DNA of 56,630 nucleotides from Girardia tigrina (Eukaryota): NCBI GenBank assembly GCA_001938485.1, contig MQRK01228361.1, positions 1 to 56,630 of the forward strand, read 5' to 3'. Shown piece by piece: positions 26,034 to 38,200 of this stretch (position 1 is its first letter; each line of letters starts with the position of its first letter). The notes under the pieces were generated by a model. It saw only the letters and a program-made list of their open reading frames with translations, ran no database searches and was not told where the DNA came from. The position numbers and the translations under genes were made by a program.

Positions 26034-27681
26034 TAATAGAAAAAAAATTTTCAACCAAAACCAATTGTTCCCTTGACTACATAATTGAATGACAACTTGT
26101 TAACAGTTTGGAGGTTATCTCCTGTGAAAGTGGTGCGATTCGTATCAAAAATTGCCTTGTAGCGATTAAACGATCGTTCGACATATAAAGTGAGAAATGG
26201 ATATTGCAAAAAATACAATAATGGTGCGTAATCTGTGACTGACTTTCAGACTGCATAAATCGGAATAATAGAGGAAGTCTTGGTAGCTCAGCGACTTCAT
26301 TGTAATTTAAACCAAGAATGTGGGTACACTCATTCAAATTCATTCTCCCTCTCTTCTACCTCGAATCCTACGTACAATATTTTTGAGTGATAGTCAACTG
26401 ATAGAAACCAGGTGACCTAAAGTGTTATACATGGTTCTGGAGGTTGATTTGGTGACTCCACATTCTGCTGACGAAGATACACCAGAAACCGCACACATCG
26501 ATCAGGAGCCTTAACCATAATCATCTTTACAAGTCCAAATAACTTATCAACATTATCAAACGTTTTACACTACTCTTCCCCAACTATGTTCAGAAAATGA
26601 GCGATTCAAATGGTGTGTTAGATTTTATGTGAAACCGAGAATACATCTCGAAAGGCCTTTACCATGTAAATTCTGTAATTCTACTCTGTATCCAAATAAT
26701 GTCATTAAAACCATTGTTGTAATTAAAAGGATTTTTTATTAACTTATGTAAATTAAGGGATCAATATACTTACTTTGTATATTAAAAATAATTTTATTTA
26801 CTTGTGTAATTTAAAGGATTAATTTTTTTACTTGTTTAATTTGAAGATTATTTCATTTAATTATGCAAATTGGAAAATTTTTTATGGATTTTATTTAACT
26901 TTTAATAATATTCATCAAATAAATTAATTAAAAGAATTAAGTAAAAATTTATTTTTATTTTTTACAATTCTGTCATTTTTTTAGCAATTTTTCATGTTTT
27001 TCATACTTTTTCGTATTTTTTCGCGATTTGGTGGTGTCTTTTCGTGAACGCGAAAAAAGTGACCCTACTTATTAGCAATGATTCACAATACAACCTCCCA
27101 TAATGTGAATCAAAATTCTTCTGAATAGAAAATTCATCTTTAGAAATAGATGAAGTTCTTTCTTTACTACATCTACAGTGATCAAGAACCTTGCACGATC
27201 ATGTAGACTGTGAGTGTTCACTAATCCGTGTTTTGAGATGATGATTTGTCTCTCCAATGTATGAGTTTTTACACCTGTATCAGTTAAATTTTTACACACG
27301 ATTAGCTTTCACTAAATTGTCAGTTTTGGATTTCATGGTAATGTTATTTCTTACTTTGGAGGTTTCGGACATTATTTATCGATATTTTTATAAGTGTTTT
27401 AATTTTAAATCTTCTGCAACCTTCTGAATATGGAATTTCTATAATTTTAACACGTTCCCCTAAGTCCTCATTCTTAGTTTTGATTAGTGTGTATTCTATC
27501 TATCATTAATTTAATATTTTTTCTGTTTTTATTCAAGTGTTTCCTTAGAGTGTCAAGTCCATCACATACTGTCGCAAAGGTTTTTTATATACTTTTAAAA
27601 ATGATTTAAATTATTAAAATCAATACAACACAAAGTTCAGAAGATGGTCAAAAATTATGATCGAATTGGTTTATATATATA

Positions 27682-28712
27682 ACATTTTTCTTCTAATAGA
27701 GCGACATGTCGGTCTATTGTTTCGAATGGTGGTCATCATTGTCGGTCTAATGGAACATGTCGCTCTAATTTTCAAATGGTTTTTCACATGTCGGTGTTCG
27801 GAATTTAAATTCCAGTTATTATATTATAAATTATCTCTAAATTATAGTTTTCATAATGTCGCTTCTGGGAAATAAAGAGAATAAAGGACACAAGCTATTG
27901 AATGTATTCCTGGGGTGGCTTTAGGTAAACAGTTGTGGTACGTCGCACAAGGAATTTGTAGAAACCAGCCTTTTGAAAGCTTCATTTTCAGCTTTTCACT
28001 AACCGCTGTTTAACGGTTATAGATTGGCTTTATCCAAACCAATCGACTGCGAGAAACCAAAACTTTCTTCTTAATATATTCTTCCACATATCATGTCGAT
28101 AATTCCTTCTCTTATTCTGTCGAAGTCAGTTTCCTTCCTCCACCACACAGGCACACTCTCTTGCTTGTCTGAAGAAGTATTTGGATCCCATCTTGTAATT
28201 GTTTCTCTTGTTTCTTCCAGTCAATGATGACAGAGCGACTGTTAAAGTCTTCTTGACATTCTCTAATACACTTAACTTTAATCTAAGTGTTTATAAAGTT
28301 CTTTAACGACGATTGTTCGATTCCATTCATCTTTACGTGCAATGTTGACGATGTCCATCAGTAAAACACAGCAATGACTCAATATCAATCTGTCATTCCA
28401 GAAAGCAAATGGTAGATCAGCAGAGGCATAAAGTGCGATTATGGTAGGTGTCAGGCTGTGCGATACACACACAGACTTTATTACTTACTGCTGCACAACA
28501 TCACCTCATGGTAAATAGAATATACAGTAAGTTGGAAAACTCGCCGCCATCCCCTGCGTGTGCGACTGGTCACATGGCCAAATGTTGATGATTTATTTTT
28601 TAAATGCTTGTTACCAGGCCTGTCTAATAGAGCGACATGTCGGTCTATTGTTTCGAATGGTGGTCCACATGTCGGTCTAATGGAGCATGTCGCCATATTA
28701 GAAGAAATACGC
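27682..28712 (-). mobile_element. pogo/Tigger-like DNA transposon, internally deleted
   Basis: TIRs (a)catttttcttctaatagagcgacatg and catgtcgccatattagaagaaatacgc. Duplicated palindromic subterminal blocks at 27692-27770 and 28623-28705. CENP-B-like HTH remnant (KLKMKLSKGWF) near 27960-28000. Confidence 0.7.
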
Positions 28713-29202
28713 AATATATATTTGGACCAGGAAGATCATCCGGATTAGGCATATTTGACTGCATTTGCAAATTTAATGAAACAGATTATTTAATGCATAA
28801 CAGATTGGAATATTTTAGAAACCCTTTAATGCCATATTAACACATTTGGACAATTTTCCTAAGCAGTCTTATGCATGACAAATAATTTTTTGATATTGCG
28901 ATTCCACAACTGCATACTTTGAACGGGACTCGTTCTTAGCTCATGTTTTAATTATCGAAAATCCGATCATTATTGCTTGATGTCAGACAGAAATCATTGA
29001 ACCGGCACTTAGACTCTAAAAACAGCATGCACATTTCAAACAAGAAAAAAATCAAAAATCATCAACTCTTGAAAATCAATAAAACGTTTTTTTCAACACA
29101 CAAATGGACGAAGAACAGAGAAGAAACGAGTATCAAATTCGACATAAATTATTATTTATATATAAATTCATAATAAGTATATATGGATAGATAGAAATAT
29201 GA

Positions 29203-32200
29203 TTATTTCATTTGAGACAATCTTATTCTCTTGCTAGAACTCACGCTGAGTGCCGCGGCATCATTCGTCAAACCCGAGTGCAAATCCATAATTTTCGAGT
29301 CAGAGTGACTAAATAGTTTTTTAATCAATAATTCTCCTGTTAAAATCCCTACGTGATCAGAGGTCCCAGAGTGTTTTCTTCTCGATTATTACTATCGAAT
29401 GGTTCGCTTGAAGGTAATGACCGTTTTCTACTCTTACTACCCTTGATTTCGTCGTCAATTCCAATCATCGAAACAATTCAGCCTCACTTGTAACGTTTCC
29501 TCTTCTTCCGGTTCACTCGGAATTTCCTTAACACTGCCTTGATATTCATCGCCATCACCCAGACTTTCTCGGAACGAGGCGATCGAATTTGCGTCACTGT
29601 TACAAAAATCCAAATCGATACCAGCTGCATACAGTTCCTCGAATCTGAAAATTGGTGTTTTTAATTAATACCTAAAAATCGGGAGCCTTCCGCTGCACTC
29701 CACGATTATTTTGTAAATGTTTTAAATGATTTGTCCTAAAAACTAATGTTTCGGAAAATATTGTAACCACTAAGGTAATGGGTATAGTAACACTTGCCAG
29801 TTTGTACACAGAAAATATTTCGAGGGGGGTATATTATTACATAATACTTTGTTTTCTTTTTTTAGTTTTTATTTTGTAAGTTAAAAAATTCAATTAATCA
29901 TTATTAAAATAATGAAATCGATAATACCATCGAAACACCACTAATGCAGCTAACATCACTTGGTCATTTTTACAAGCTTTTAATACGTTTCATTTGTTTG
30001 TCTGTCTGGATGCATCAAATCTTGCGATCGAAAATTCACCCACTTCCCATTTACCTAGTGACATGAAACTTTCAGCACTGATGTATTCTAGGTGACAATA
30101 CACTTTTTCACTGTCACTGCTCATCTACCGCCTTTAGTTTGGCCGCAAAAGTAATTAAAGTGTCGTTCTCATGTTTTCCTCAGTAGTAGGCTTTGAAATT
30201 TGCTACATCTAAATGCAAATAGAAAGCGGGTTTTCGCCTAGTAGGCTTTGATAATTCAGTCAGAAAATGTGGAAGTGGGTGAAATAGATACAGAACCGCA
30301 AACATATGACAAATTATAAAAGCTTGTGCACCACAATTTTTTTTGGTATGATTATACTTATTCATTACTGACTTCTGTAGATCGGATCTGCTGCATGTTT
30401 TATGTTTTGAGAAAGAAAAATTTCTATGCTCTGCAAAACTTATGGGTAATTAAGATCATAATTAAAATTTTTCTTGGGGTGGTAACGTTCTTAATTTTTT
30501 AAAATTTGAAGAGTTCACATTTTAAACATAAGAATTTTCAATTATTCTTAGGGGCTGGTCATAAACTTTTAGGGAGGAGGGTTTCTAGAAGTTTGTGAAA
30601 TTTTGTGACAGGGAGGGGAGGTAGGTTAATTTGTGACGTCACAAAGATTTTCTAAGATAAAAATCAATGTTATCAAATCATAAAATATTTAAGTACTCAA
30701 TGATAAAATTTGAAGTATGAGTTTTTCATGATTTAATTTTTTACTACTTTTGACTACATTAGTGTATAAAGTGTATATTAAGGGTAAATTAAGATAGTGG
30801 TGCAAAGTTTATGAATATTTTTAAAAATCAGGCATTCTCCAGTCAGATTAATTCCTTACGATACATATTGTCCTTCTATCAGCCAAATTGTTTCAAGTCA
30901 AGTCTGTGTAGACTGGGATTTATATTGCGCTTCTTTAGAAACGTTACAAATTCATCGTAAGAGCGTCCATAATCGTATTATCAACACTAAAAAGAAGCAA
31001 AAAAAGTAATAGCAAAGCGAAGGAAAGAAATACTGATTGAAATTGATGATGTCGAATGGATAAATGAAGAACTTGGCGATGCTCAAATAATTGAAAATGA
31101 TCTATGCACTACCGATGGAAACATTTCTTTGATTAATATTGAAACACTTGAAAAATACATGATTTTTTGAATAAAAATGATTGTTTAATCATATCATTTT
31201 TATTATAGTATTTGTTTTTCATAAAAAAAGAGGGGGAGGGGGTTAAAAAAATTATTTTTCCGTGTGACATAATTTATAAACTTATTAATATGCTGTTTAA
31301 ACACATCGTAATTCAAAATTTTTAGGGGATGGATTTATCCCCCTAATCCCCTTTGCGTACGCGTCTGAGTTTGTAGTAGGTTTGTAGTCACCACCGATTT
31401 TTAATAACTTCCATTAACTAGTACATCTTTGAAATCGATAATCACTTAATAGTATGAAAAATTTTAGTCAAAAGGAACTACAATACATAGCTTTAGCTGA
31501 AATCAACAAAGAGGAAATCTTTTGTAATATGAGAAGTCTTATAATGTTTTATGTTTAAATGTTTTATTCGTATGCGTTGATTTCAGATTGTCTCTCATAC
31601 CCAGATGGTTGAATTATGTTTTAATTCTTATATCTCCTTAATTTTGATGATTACAATTAAAATGAATTAATTATTTTTAAAAATATAAAGTTAAAAAAAA
31701 CATTAAAATTAATTTCCGATAATATAATAATCCAATTCCGAATTCAGGTAAATTAAAATTTGAATTAGAAATCAATTGAATCATACAAACCGACAAAAAA
31801 TATTTAATCATTGTAATGAGGACAAATTTTCAACCCAGACCTGGAAGAAATGATTGGTAATAATTGTCCGTATTGCTGCATAGCAGTGTGAAAACGTTTT
31901 AAACTGAACAGTCTTGGGACTCATGTGTCTCTTATCCCTGGTTGTTTAACTACAAAACTTCACCCACTTGATATTGCAGTAAATCATCATTTTAAACAAA
32001 TCTATTTAATTTACTTTGCTTAGGGCTCTTTTATATTGATGTGTAAGAACTTGAGAGTTAATTTGAAATTAATCGCATCTTAATTTTGTTAACTAACACC
32101 ATCATTCGGATTTTAAAATGTGATTAGGATATCAAAATATTTTCTAAAAAATGTTTTCCTGTTATTTTAATACTAGTATTTTGTACAATTTTCATACAAA

Positions 32201-35200
32201 CCCTAGGAAGCATTAAAAACAAACAAAATAAGAATCTTAAATAAACATCTATGGGTTATTATGTTAGTTTGTTAGGTATGTTATGTTTGTTATTTTATTA
32301 TGTTTGTTTACCACCATACTGCTACGCCTCAATTCATCTTTTAGTCGCTGTCGTGTAAAATATTTTCTGGATACCTGGTTCATTTTTATAGTCCGCAAGA
32401 GGCATGTGGGATTGGTAAAATCGCAGATCACCTTCGGGTTATATGCGTGAATATACGATATATATAGAAAGCGAGTTAATATAAAAATGATATAAAGGCA
32501 TTTCGAAAACTATCGTGAAGATATTGTTGTGAAATGAGATATTATTGAAAATAAATTTTAGTGTAATATTAATGGCAGGAATACATACCGAAATGTTTCA
32601 GCGAACTCGCTGAACAGAAAGAATGTTATCGAAACGAGTAACTGTTGGACCTCAAGAAAAACCTGAAGGATTCAATTGACATCTATGGCGAAATGATGGC
32701 TTATCATACATCTCAAGTACTCGATATTGAAGAACAATTAGTTCAAATATTACCCGTGACCGCGATACCAGAAGACAACGCAACTCAATTGACATCAATC
32801 CGAATGCTGCTGTGACAGGACTCAGAAGCGAGTTCCTCGAGCCTTACAGATATAGCTGCGAAAGGAACCTTCAGATGCCCGTTTCGCGGATGTGTTAAGT
32901 CCACGAACACAGCCAAAGGGATACAAAACCATGACTAGCCGTTTCTCTCTGGATTGCCCTGAGGAGGCCTACTGGGGGACTTATAAAACTATTTAATTTT
33001 GATGGACCATATAAGTGCATATAGTAACTGTTGGACCTCAAGAAGAAAAGCCGGAAGGATTCAATTGACGTCTATGGCGAAAGGATGGCTCATCAGACAT
33101 CTCAAATTATCACACGAATAGCATTTTTTCATTTATTTATTCAAATTTTCAGTTAATATTTGGTAATTTTAAAATATATTTATAAAAAATTAATAACTCG
33201 AAAAAAACTTTTCAAAACAATTATCTTTAATTAATACTAATTTTTACTTCATTTGACTTTGTAAATTGTTTTTATTAAAAAATAAAAGATTTTTAAAAAT
33301 TTAAATAATTAATTAAATGTTTTAAAAGGTTATAAAGAATAGGAACAAATTCGAAATAAAACCAAAAAAACACAGACAATTAATAGCTTACAGGGTGCGG
33401 CAGCTATTTGAGAACACGTAATATAGACACCATATCTTTTTGTGTGTTATAATTACATAATTTTATTTTTGCTGGTAGACATGGCAGAAGCTACTCTTAC
33501 GANNNNNNNNNNNNNNNNNNNNNNNNNNNNNNNNNNNNNNNNNNNNNNNNNNNNNNNNNNNNNNNNNNNNNNNNNNNNNNNNNNNNNNNNNNNNNNNNNN
33601 NNNNNNNNNNNNNNNNNNNNNNNNNNNNNNNNNNNNNNNNNNNNNNNNNNNNNNNNNNNNNNNNNNNNNNNNNNNNNNNNNNNNNNNNNNNNNNNNNNNN
33701 NNNNNNNNNNNNNNNNNNNNNNNNNNNNNNNNNNNNNNNNNNNNNNNNNNNNNNNNNNNNNNNNNNNNNNNNNNNNNNNNNNNNNNNNNNNNNNNNNNNN
33801 NNNNNNNNNNNNNNNNNNNNNNNNNNNNNNNNNNNNNNNNNNNNNNNNNNNNNNNNNNNNNNNNNNNNNNNNNNNNNNNNNNNNNNNNNNNNNNNNNNNN
33901 NNNNNNNNNNNNNNNNNNNNNNNNNNNNNNNNNNNNNNNNNNNNNNNNNNNNNNNNNNNNNNNNNNNNNNNNNNNNNNNNNNNNNNNNNNNNNNNNNNNN
34001 NNNNNNNNNNNNNNNNNNNNNNNNNNNNNNNNNNNNNNNNNNNNNNNNNNNNNNNNNNNNNNNNNNNNNNNNNNNNNNNNNNNNNNNNNNNNNNNNNNNN
34101 NNNNNNNNNNNNNNNNNNNNNNNNNNNNNNNNNNNNNNNNNNNNNNNNNNNNNNNNNNNNNNNNNNNNNNNNNNNNNNNNNNNNNNNNNNNNNNNNNNNN
34201 NNNNNNNNNNNNNNNNNNNNNNNNNNNNNNNNNNNNNNNNNNNNNNNNNNNNNNNNNNNNNNNNNNNNNNNNNNNNNNNNNNNNNNNNNNNNNNNNNNNN
34301 NNNNNNNNNNNNNNNNNNNNNNNNNNNNNNNNNNNNNNNNNNNNNNNNNNNNNNNNNNNNNNNNNNNNNNNNNNNNNNNNNNNNNNNNNNNNNNNNNNNN
34401 NNNNNNNNNNNNNNNNNNNNNNNNNNNNNNNNNNNNNNNNNNNNNNNNNNNNNNNNNNNNNNNCGTGTTAATATATGTAAAATTTTAAATTGTAATAAAT
34501 GTTATTTTTCTGTTGTATATTCATTTTTTGAACTTTATGTCATTTTGTTCTCAAATAGCTGCCGCACCCTGTATATAAAGAATCAACAGCGATTGAACGT
34601 GTGTTCTCAATAGATGGTGCAATAACAACAAAAAAAGAACCAATTTAAATTTTGAAACATTAAATTCACTTATTTTTTTGAAAATATGATAAAAAAATAA
34701 GTGATCAATATGTACTTATTTTTATTTCAAGAAATAGAATTATTATTTTTTGTAAATTTTAATGTTTTTTATTTTTGATTAACTATTTGAATATTTTGAG
34801 ATTTTTTATTTGGTATTTGAATAGTTTAAAAATTCAAATAGTTGAAATCTCTACCAAATACCCATTAACGGCCTCATAAACGTTGCCGAAAGAATTGAAA
34901 TAGAAAGAATAAAAATAGTGCAAAAAGGGATAAATTGTTTGAGTAATTTATTTAGAGAAAATATTTTGAAGCTGATTCTACTGTCAATGTGGAGATATAA
35001 AATATTAAAAAGAACTTGTGGATAATTATTTTAAAAAATTTTGTTTGCAGGCGGTGACTTACCAGTGGTAAATAAACGTCCTAATTCGTCGAGTTTCAAT
35101 TACGAAAAAAAATTTTAATGTCCCTCAAACGTTAAAAAATAAATGCAAAATTATTAAATCTAAAAAGTAAATTTTTTCTTCGTGTATAATACTTCATTTT

Positions 35201-38200
35201 GCATTTGATATGAAAAAAATATGAATTTTAATAAGAAAAATTATCGATTTAATATGAAAAAAAAATTTTTTTAGTTAATTTCATAATTTTTTATTTTAAT
35301 TGGAGAATTATAATTGAGAATTTTTCATAGGGTTCTCCTCGTCTTTTTCTATTACGATTTGGACGAGTAACAACAGCGAAGCCAACTTTCTCCAAAATAT
35401 AAAGTTTTTATCATCATTAGTAATTTCTAATGCTTGAAAGTTTGCATCGTATACTGTTTTGAGCGCAATTATTATAGTGCAGTTTCTTCGCTCAGGCACT
35501 AACGTAACATATTTTAGAGTGTAGTGAAACTCTCTTAAAGATCTATCTACTGTGCCGATTAAGTTTATTTATATGTAAAAAATTAATTTAAAAATGTCGT
35601 TACTTCTTTTTTACACAATGCTTTGTATATTTGTGTTTAAATTTGTTATTAAATTGACTGCAACAATTATGACATAACTCGAAAAACCCTCTAATTAAAT
35701 GAAATTTTGAGTTTAATATTTTCCCATAATGTCTTTTTTCTCGTTAATTTAAAAAGATAATAATATTAAAATATGATATTCACGCAACAATCCCCATTGT
35801 GTATATGTATTGCTATTGAACCGATTATCATGCGGTGTTTGAGGTCATGTCAGATAATCCCCAATTCGGATATCCTCCGATACGCTACTGATGATCTCAT
35901 ATCACTGCTTTGATCTAGCCTTATCGATATGCAATTTGTTAAATTACTAGCTGTTATTTTCATCCAAAAATCAATTGGTAATTAAGAATTGCAATTATTT
36001 TGTGGTTTTTATATCCTTCCGCAATATGACAATTATATGCAATGATGGCTGCGTCAATATAAACACACTGAACTTCAGATCGTGTTCTCTGAATCCCGGC
36101 TGTGGTATGCTTGTGATGATTATATTGCCGTGTAAAGTAGAACTTATTGAATTATAGAAATTGTTATAAATCATATCAATTATACCAAGAAAACATTTTC
36201 TGTGAGGGCCAAAACATAAAGGGTTAGCAAACAAAAATAAATCGATAAAGTCAAACTTTGGCTCATTCCAGGCGTGAATGTGTTTCTTCCATTTTCTCAC
36301 CAATCCGTCCCAGCCGCGGCGGCTCATTTTCAGGAACTTATTCGGTGTCCGCGGTTGGAACGATTTCCGAGACTCCTTGGCCACTTCATACACATATTCC
36401 TTATAGCACTGTTTCGATTTCCCCTTATCGATATCGTTCTGTCTGCGCGCTAAAACGTCCACGTCGTCCTCTAGTTTGATGTTCTTCTAGAAAACACAAA
36501 TAAAATCAATAAAACCCTCGCTCAAATAACTTCTTATTGGCTCCCACCAAAAAATTTAATGATTAAAATTATTACGTTGTCCTAAAAGTTCCCGATCAAT
36601 AATGAAAATACATTTTTTTCACATTTCTTTTTGGCATTATTTATTTGATATTGATATATATCGATTTATTTATAGCATTATATGGACTACGAGATTACAG
36701 AGCTTGAAATCCATGCGTCTTGTAGCGTCACTATTGGAAGAAAGGCTTGACAACACGAGATGCTGCCAAGGCGATTTGCAAAGTTGAAGGTAGACAAACA
36801 GTCGGAAAAAGTACAGCAATTGATTGGTTCAAGCGTTTCAATAAAGGCAATTTTGACTTAATGACAGTCCTCGTTCTGGACGACCAACAAAATTGGAAAA
36901 CGATGACTTGCAAGCAGAGTTGGACATGAAGCATTCGTCAAGCACTCGCGATTTCGCATTTAAGCTTGGAATTGGCAGGTCAACCATACATTGGCATTTG
37001 AAGCAGCTCGACTTTGTGCACCAGAAACCGCGTCAAGATCCACACGAAATCATCAAAGCACAGGCGCATAAAAATTTGCTGACAACCGCTTTTGGAAACG
37101 AATTGTGACGTCGGACGAAAAGTGGGTCTCCCTAGTCAACCACAACTGAGAAAAGCGATGGGTTCCACCGAGTCAAGCAACGCCGTTAGTTCCAAAATAA
37201 GATAGATTTGCTTGAAAATCATGTTGTACGTCTGGAGGAACTTTGAGTTGGTTCAGAACGGCCAGGCTATCAATGCAGAGCTCTATTGTCAACACCTGGA
37301 CCATATCTACGAGAAGCTCAAGGAGAAGTACCTGCCTTAATCAACCGAAAACGTGCACTACTTCAGCAAGACAATGTCAAGCCTTATACCACCAAGAAGA
37401 CCACGGGCAGGTTCCAAGAGTTGCATGGAGTAGAATACTGCCACATCATGCTTACAGCCCTGATTGCGCTCCATCCGATCCATGCAACACTTCTTGGAAG
37501 GCCGCCGATTCGAAGCATTCGATAAAGTTGAACAACCATGTTCTTCAATTCCAAGCAGTCGGAATGGTACTTTGACCAGATCCGAATGCTTGCAGGCCGA
37601 TGGCAGAAAGTAGTCAAAAACGATGGACTGTACTTTGAAGATTAATTGTTATTTATTTCAAATAAATTCTTGCATAAAAAATTGTATGCTTCATTCTTGA
37701 CCGGGAATTTTTAGAACAATCTAATAAGAATAATTTTCCAACAAATAACAGAGTAAAGCTGATAGTGAGATTTTAAGTTTTATATGAACATTGAAGTGAA
37801 AATTATTTAATGACGCTCAATATGTTGAAAACTTAAAAAAATTACTAATTCATAATACTCAAAAAAACGTTCATTATATTTTGTTACTAATTTCGACGGA
37901 TCAATCGTCATCAACAGACTGAACTAGCAATGTTATCTTCAGGAACACAGTCAAATGGAAATGAAAGAACTCTTTGATTAATAAAGTTGATTTATATAAT
38001 TTAAAGATTTTGTGTTCACCGTCAAATAATTACTGTAGAGCAATGTTTTCCAAACTTTATTTTACCACGCCTCCCTTAAAAATAATTTATTATATGACGC
38101 CTCCCTTCTATTTTATAAAATAATACAATGAAAAAATTTTTATTGCAAAAACAATTAATTATATAACTATGGCAAAAAAAGAGAACAATATTTGATGATT

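Larger units (their letters stand above)
23037..27067 (-). mobile_element. hAT DNA transposon with decayed transposase, carrying a nested mariner and a Tc1/IS630-like element
   Basis: TIRs tagggccacttttttt(cgcg) and (cgcg)aaaaaagtgacccta. 8-bp TSD cttattag at 23029-23036 and 27068-27075. Transposase remnant at 26350-26700 (-) reads FDNVDKLFGLVKMIMVKAPDR...PPEPCIT..VTWF. Confidence 0.88.
22740..27680 (-). mobile_element. Penelope-like element (same family as 1540-2330), split by a hAT insertion, with an inverted pLTR copy at 27588-27666
   Basis: 27076-27580 (-) reads KNSYIGETNHHLKTRISEHSQ...CESLLI and resumes at 23036 with taataagacactataacccat, matching ataagacactgcaacccat at about 2276. 22772-22856 is an inverted repeat of 27588-27666. 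Confidence 0.85.

Noticed and set aside
26468-26490. CTGACGA...GAAAC hammerhead-like motif
   Set aside because: No helix II pairing, and it lies antisense within the hAT transposase remnant.
29645-29740. Additional SLBP micro-exon upstream of exon 6 via a 27-nt intron
   Set aside because: The obvious acceptor gives stops in all frames. Only a 21-nt variant fits, and the gene is already phase-consistent without it.
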